Shown: piece by piece, positions 60,609-64,000 of the stretch | How the letters are laid out: the number at the start of each line of letters is the position of its first letter | How positions within the stretch are numbered: the stretch's first letter is position 1 | Source of the DNA: an uncultured Planctomycetales bacterium | GTDB lineage: Bacteria; Omnitrophota; Gorgyraeia; Zapsychrales; Fredricksoniimonadaceae | Assembly (NCBI GenBank): GCA_964572155.1 | Contig: CAZNDZ010000001.1 | Location: 15,300-79,299 of the forward strand | Length of the DNA: 64,000 nucleotides | Direction: 5' to 3' | Translations under genes and position numbers: made by a program | Notes under the pieces: generated by a model | The model's database searches: none | What the model was told of the DNA's origin: nothing | The model's input: the letters and a program-made list of their open reading frames with translations, nothing else

Positions 60609-62190
60609 CGGAGTACCTTCCCGGAGACATGATGCCTTTAGGATCAAGGGCATGCTTAATGGAACGCTGTACTTTCCAAAATGTATCCTCAGGGTTTACC
60701 AAATCATGCATCATATCAACACCTGTGCGATAAGGATATACACCCATCTTACGCCCACCTTCTAACAATGCTTCAAAACAGGCCTTGGCGCGTTGTGTTT
60801 GATCTTCGTTGTTTAAATCAAAAAGAATTGGGACCGTACTATCAAAACATTTTTCAGAAACACTCGATAACGTGATCAATGGCTCCATTTGATACTGCGC
60901 ACATGTGCGCTCGACAAAATCAATATAACGTCTAACAAGTGCCGCTTTCATGGGAACTAATGGTGCGTACCATAAAAGACCACAACCATCCCGTGCTGGA
61001 TTTAACGTAACCCCTTGGGGAACACCTTGCCGCAACTGACGATAACATAAACTTAATGCCCCACCGTTGGGACGCCCCTCAGATAGATCTAATGGGATCA
61101 GCATTTTTTGAAACTGCACAAATAAGGCTTTTGGAATAATAAACCCCAATGGTTTTAAAATCGACTGCAGCAAGAGCACACGCGAACGTGTTAAGAAAAT
61201 CACCCGATTCACATCTGGTTTAATGCGTGCTTTGAGCGCATGCTTAGCTGCTTTGATGATCGATTTCTTTCCATAAAAAGAACCAATGCATGTCCACGGC
61301 GCATATCCTGCTTGCTTGGCCTGTTGCTTTAAGTGTGCAATAAAATTATTTGGGGATGCCGCAACCTCATCAAAAGGAAACGGAAGTGTCATGGATAGCA
61401 ATTGCAATGAACTGATCATTTTAATTGAACCAATCAAAGCACCATGTTCAATCAGAACATTTCGCACCAGGTCAACAGTCTTTTCCAAATCAGCATCTGA
61501 GGAAATGTCAAAATAAAATGTTTCCACATGTTCTGGTCGTGGGGCTAAGGCAATGGTCATTTCTGTGACAATGCCATAATTGCTTTGTGAAAATATACCA
61601 TCAATATATGGGCCTATCCCCCATTTAAAAACCTTGTCGACCTGATGACATCCTTTCGCATAAATCGCTGAACGATATATGGTCCCATTGGCCAATACCG
61701 CTTCTAAATTCATGACAGCGAAGAAATGGTCCGCAAGAGGAACCAAGCCATAGCCGCGCTCTAAAGCATTCCCTAGAATACTAGCCTCAGGACCTGCACC
61801 TGTTGTTGGCATAAGATACTCATCACCATGTTCTAATAAAAATGTCGCTAGTTGCCCTTGCGTTACCCCTGGCTCTACAGTGATCACTCCCAAATCAGCA
61901 TCATAGCCACTAATTTTTGTCATGCCTGAAAGATCAACAATCACACAACCATCCGTTGCTGGATTAGCAGTACCATAACCCCAATTATTGCCTTTGCTAA
62001 TAGGATATAAAGCAATGTTATGTTGATTAGCAATTTTAACAATATCCACGACTTCTTGTCGTGTGGTCGGGGCAACAACGCCTAATATTTCACGTTTGGC
62101 ACCTGTTGTATCAGCATGGTATTTTTCAAGATCTTGCGGATTTGTTTTCACATGGATACTACCAAATATGTGCATCATTTTATCAATCAT
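60601..62190 (-). CDS. FAD-linked oxidase (PCMH-type FAD_binding_4 domain, VAO/GlcD superfamily)
   Basis: N-terminal FAD-binding domain (VVAPTTRQEVVDIVKIANQHNIALYPISKGNNWGYG...VIVDLSGMTKI), C-terminal substrate-binding domain ending SPGRY. 529 aa. Confidence 0.65.
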   Translation of the reverse strand: MIDKMMHIFGSIHVKTNPQDLEKYHADTTGAKREILGVVAPTTRQEVVDIVKIANQHNIALYPISKGNNWGYGTANPATDGCVIVDLSGMTKISGYDADLGVITVEPGVTQGQLATFLLEHGDEYLMPTTGAGPEASILGNALERGYGLVPLADHFFAVMNLEAVLANGTIYRSAIYAKGCHQVDKVFKWGIGPYIDGIFSQSNYGIVTEMTIALAPRPEHVETFYFDISSDADLEKTVDLVRNVLIEHGALIGSIKMISSLQLLSMTLPFPFDEVAASPNNFIAHLKQQAKQAGYAPWTCIGSFYGKKSIIKAAKHALKARIKPDVNRVIFLTRSRVLLLQSILKPLGFIIPKALFVQFQKMLIPLDLSEGRPNGGALSLCYRQLRQGVPQGVTLNPARDGCGLLWYAPLVPMKAALVRRYIDFVERTCAQYQMEPLITLSSVSEKCFDSTVPILFDLNNEDQTQRAKACFEALLEGGRKMGVYPYRTGVDMMHDLVNPEDTFWKVQRSIKHALDPKGIMSPGRYSDV

Positions 62191-63791
62191 CGAGAGTACC
62201 TGCCTGGAGACATGATATTGTTAGGATCTAATGCCTGCTTGATCGATGCTTGTACATTCCAAAATGAATGTTCTGGATCAACCACGTCTTTCATCATGCC
62301 AATGCCCGCCCGATGAGGGTATGCCCCTCGCAAACGCCCCCCTTCAATCAGCGCCGCTAAACACTCTTTGGCTCGCCGAGACTGATCTGTATTCATCGGA
62401 TCAAATAAAATAGGTATTGGGCTAATGATGCAACGTTCCGAGATGCTGGTCAATGTTACTAATGGTTCAATGCCGTAATGCTCACATGTGTTTTCTACAA
62501 ATTGAACATACGCACTTGCGGTATGCGGCTGTAATGGTAAAAGTGGTGCATACCAATAAATACCACATCCATCCGCTGCTGGATTTAGATTCTTTCCTTT
62601 GGGAACACCTTGACGCAGTTGTCGATAACATATGTGCAACGTTTCCTGCCGCGGCTTACCTGACAAAATATCGAGCATCATGGTCATCTTTTCAAAACGA
62701 TTCCTAATTTTCGAAAACAAATTCTTCGGTAAACGTGAAAATAACGCATCAATGAATAAAATTTTCTCTTTAGATAAGAACAAAACCCGTCGAGATCGTT
62801 CTCTAACTATTTTGACCAATTCTTTTTTAACAGCTTGGATGACATACTTATGTCCGTAAAGTGATCCCATGCAAGTCCACGCATAAAATCCATTTTCTTT
62901 GGCTTTACGCTTTAAAATACTTTTGGCTTTATCTGGCGTGGCATCAATTTCATCAAAAGGATAATCTGCGGTCACAGCTGATAATCGTAAATCACTCATG
63001 ATATTGATTGACCCAGAAAACACACCAACATCTTTAAGTATTTTTCTAACCGTCACTATCGCATCCTCTAAATCTTCTTCCTTTGAGAATTCAATGAAAA
63101 ATATTTCGATGCATTCTGGCTTGGGTCGCAAGGCAATCGTTGCTTTTGTCACAATACCAAAATTACTTTGAGAGAACAAACCATCGAGATATGGGCCAAT
63201 GCCCCATTTGAAGACCCCATCAACATCTTCACATTCTTTAGCATGGATGGCAGAATGATAGATACTACCATCAGCTAATACAACTTCTAAACTCATGACA
63301 GCAAGAAAATGATCCGCAATCGGCACTAAACCATAACCACGTTCTAAAGAATTTCCTAAGATCGTGCCATCAGGACCAGTGCTGGTCGTTGGGGTTATAT
63401 ATAAATCATCGTGTTTTAAAAGAAATGCCGCAAGCTGTTCTTGAGTAACGCCTGGCTCTAATGTCACAACCCCTAATTGTGGGTCGTAGCCACTAATAGT
63501 ATTCATGCCAGATAAGTCCACAATGACAGAACCACTTTGTGCAGGATTTGCCGAACCATATCCCCAATTATTTCCCTTACTAATAGGATATAGCGCAATG
63601 CCGTATTCCGACGCGATCTTAACAATCGCAACAACTTCAGTTGACGTGATTGGCCTTAAAACACCTGAAATGATGCGGGATGAATTTGTTGTATCAGCGT
63701 GGTACTTTTGCAAGTCAAACGCTTGTGTTTTTACGCGTTCAGCGCCAAGCAAATTTTGCCATGCAGTTAAAGCTACTGATAAGTTATCCAT
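62187..63791 (-). CDS. FAD-linked oxidase (PCMH-type FAD_binding_4), tandem paralog of 60601..62190
   Basis: VLRPITSTEVVAIVKIASEYGIALYPISKGNNWGYG...VIVDLSGMNTI, about 50% identical to its neighbour across the full length. ATGA overlap with the downstream paralog. Confidence 0.65.
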   Translation of the reverse strand: MDNLSVALTAWQNLLGAERVKTQAFDLQKYHADTTNSSRIISGVLRPITSTEVVAIVKIASEYGIALYPISKGNNWGYGSANPAQSGSVIVDLSGMNTISGYDPQLGVVTLEPGVTQEQLAAFLLKHDDLYITPTTSTGPDGTILGNSLERGYGLVPIADHFLAVMSLEVVLADGSIYHSAIHAKECEDVDGVFKWGIGPYLDGLFSQSNFGIVTKATIALRPKPECIEIFFIEFSKEEDLEDAIVTVRKILKDVGVFSGSINIMSDLRLSAVTADYPFDEIDATPDKAKSILKRKAKENGFYAWTCMGSLYGHKYVIQAVKKELVKIVRERSRRVLFLSKEKILFIDALFSRLPKNLFSKIRNRFEKMTMMLDILSGKPRQETLHICYRQLRQGVPKGKNLNPAADGCGIYWYAPLLPLQPHTASAYVQFVENTCEHYGIEPLVTLTSISERCIISPIPILFDPMNTDQSRRAKECLAALIEGGRLRGAYPHRAGIGMMKDVVDPEHSFWNVQASIKQALDPNNIMSPGRYSR

Positions 63792-64000
63792 GATGCCCTT
63801 ATCATCTCAAATTATCAGACAATAAACAAAACTCTTTTTGGATTTTTACTTGCCGATGCAGAAAGCAGAAAAGATTTTATCGAGCAGATCTTGATCAATA
63901 TTGCGACCGGTAATGGCATCGCATTGATTAACCGCATCTTTGATATTGTGTGACACAATCTCCCATGAGGCATTTGTCTTAATCAAGGCTGTGCTTTCTT

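Noticed and set aside
63847-64000. Partial minus-strand ORF at the window edge (…ESTALIKTNASWEIVSHNIKDAVNQCDAITGRNIDQDLLDKIFSAFCIGK*)
   Set aside because: Only about 50 codons are visible and there is no recognisable motif. It may be the C-terminus of another locus gene but cannot be annotated from this fragment.
1-64000. Search for mobile-element hallmarks (transposase, integrase, tRNA-adjacent island, long direct repeats), CRISPR arrays, and rRNA/tRNA genes
   Set aside because: None found by eye. The TA modules and AT-rich islet are therefore not attributable to an identifiable mobile element within this window.

Overview
This 64 kb window is a low-GC (about 40%) bacterial chromosomal segment with nearly all genes on the minus strand. 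I found no rRNA, tRNA, CRISPR array, transposase or integrase.

Housekeeping genes recognised:
- a long co-directional operon rsmF-like / secretin-like / amiC-like / murI / queD-queC-queE-queF / rph / rdgB
- crcB
- an N-domain-less clpB followed by a secreted Hsp20, behind a sigma70-like promoter carrying two CIRCE-like inverted repeats
- comEA and comEC
- leuS and speH
- thiS-thiG-thiH-thiF
- cysK and mnmG

Accessory content:
- a HigB/HigA-like toxin-antitoxin pair with a perfect 24-bp palindromic operator
- an AT-rich islet with a DUF4160/DUF2442 pair
- a pilin-like protein carrying a thrombospondin-type-1-like Cys-rich domain
- a very large secreted or outer-membrane protein with a CPPCPACPECPEKPC motif
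- a LacI-controlled beta-glucan-type utilisation locus (GH-A hydrolase, GH94-like phosphorylase, sugar ABC transporter, CBM-like and tandem-repeat secreted proteins)

The most unusual region is 50.4-63.8 kb. It contains:
- three PilZ (c-di-GMP receptor) domains, two standalone and one fused to a FeeM/OlsB-like N-acyltransferase
- a lolC-lolD-lolE-like FtsX/ABC transporter whose ATPase carries a 360-aa nitroreductase-like N-terminal domain
- a LolA-like carrier and an outer-membrane beta-barrel protein
- a ThiF-family E1-like enzyme and a Cys/His-rich membrane protein
- two paralogous FAD-linked oxidases

I interpret this as a candidate c-di-GMP-regulated acyl-lipid or peptide modification-and-export system that has not been described. 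All calls rest on motif and architecture recognition by eye and need HMM/BLAST confirmation.
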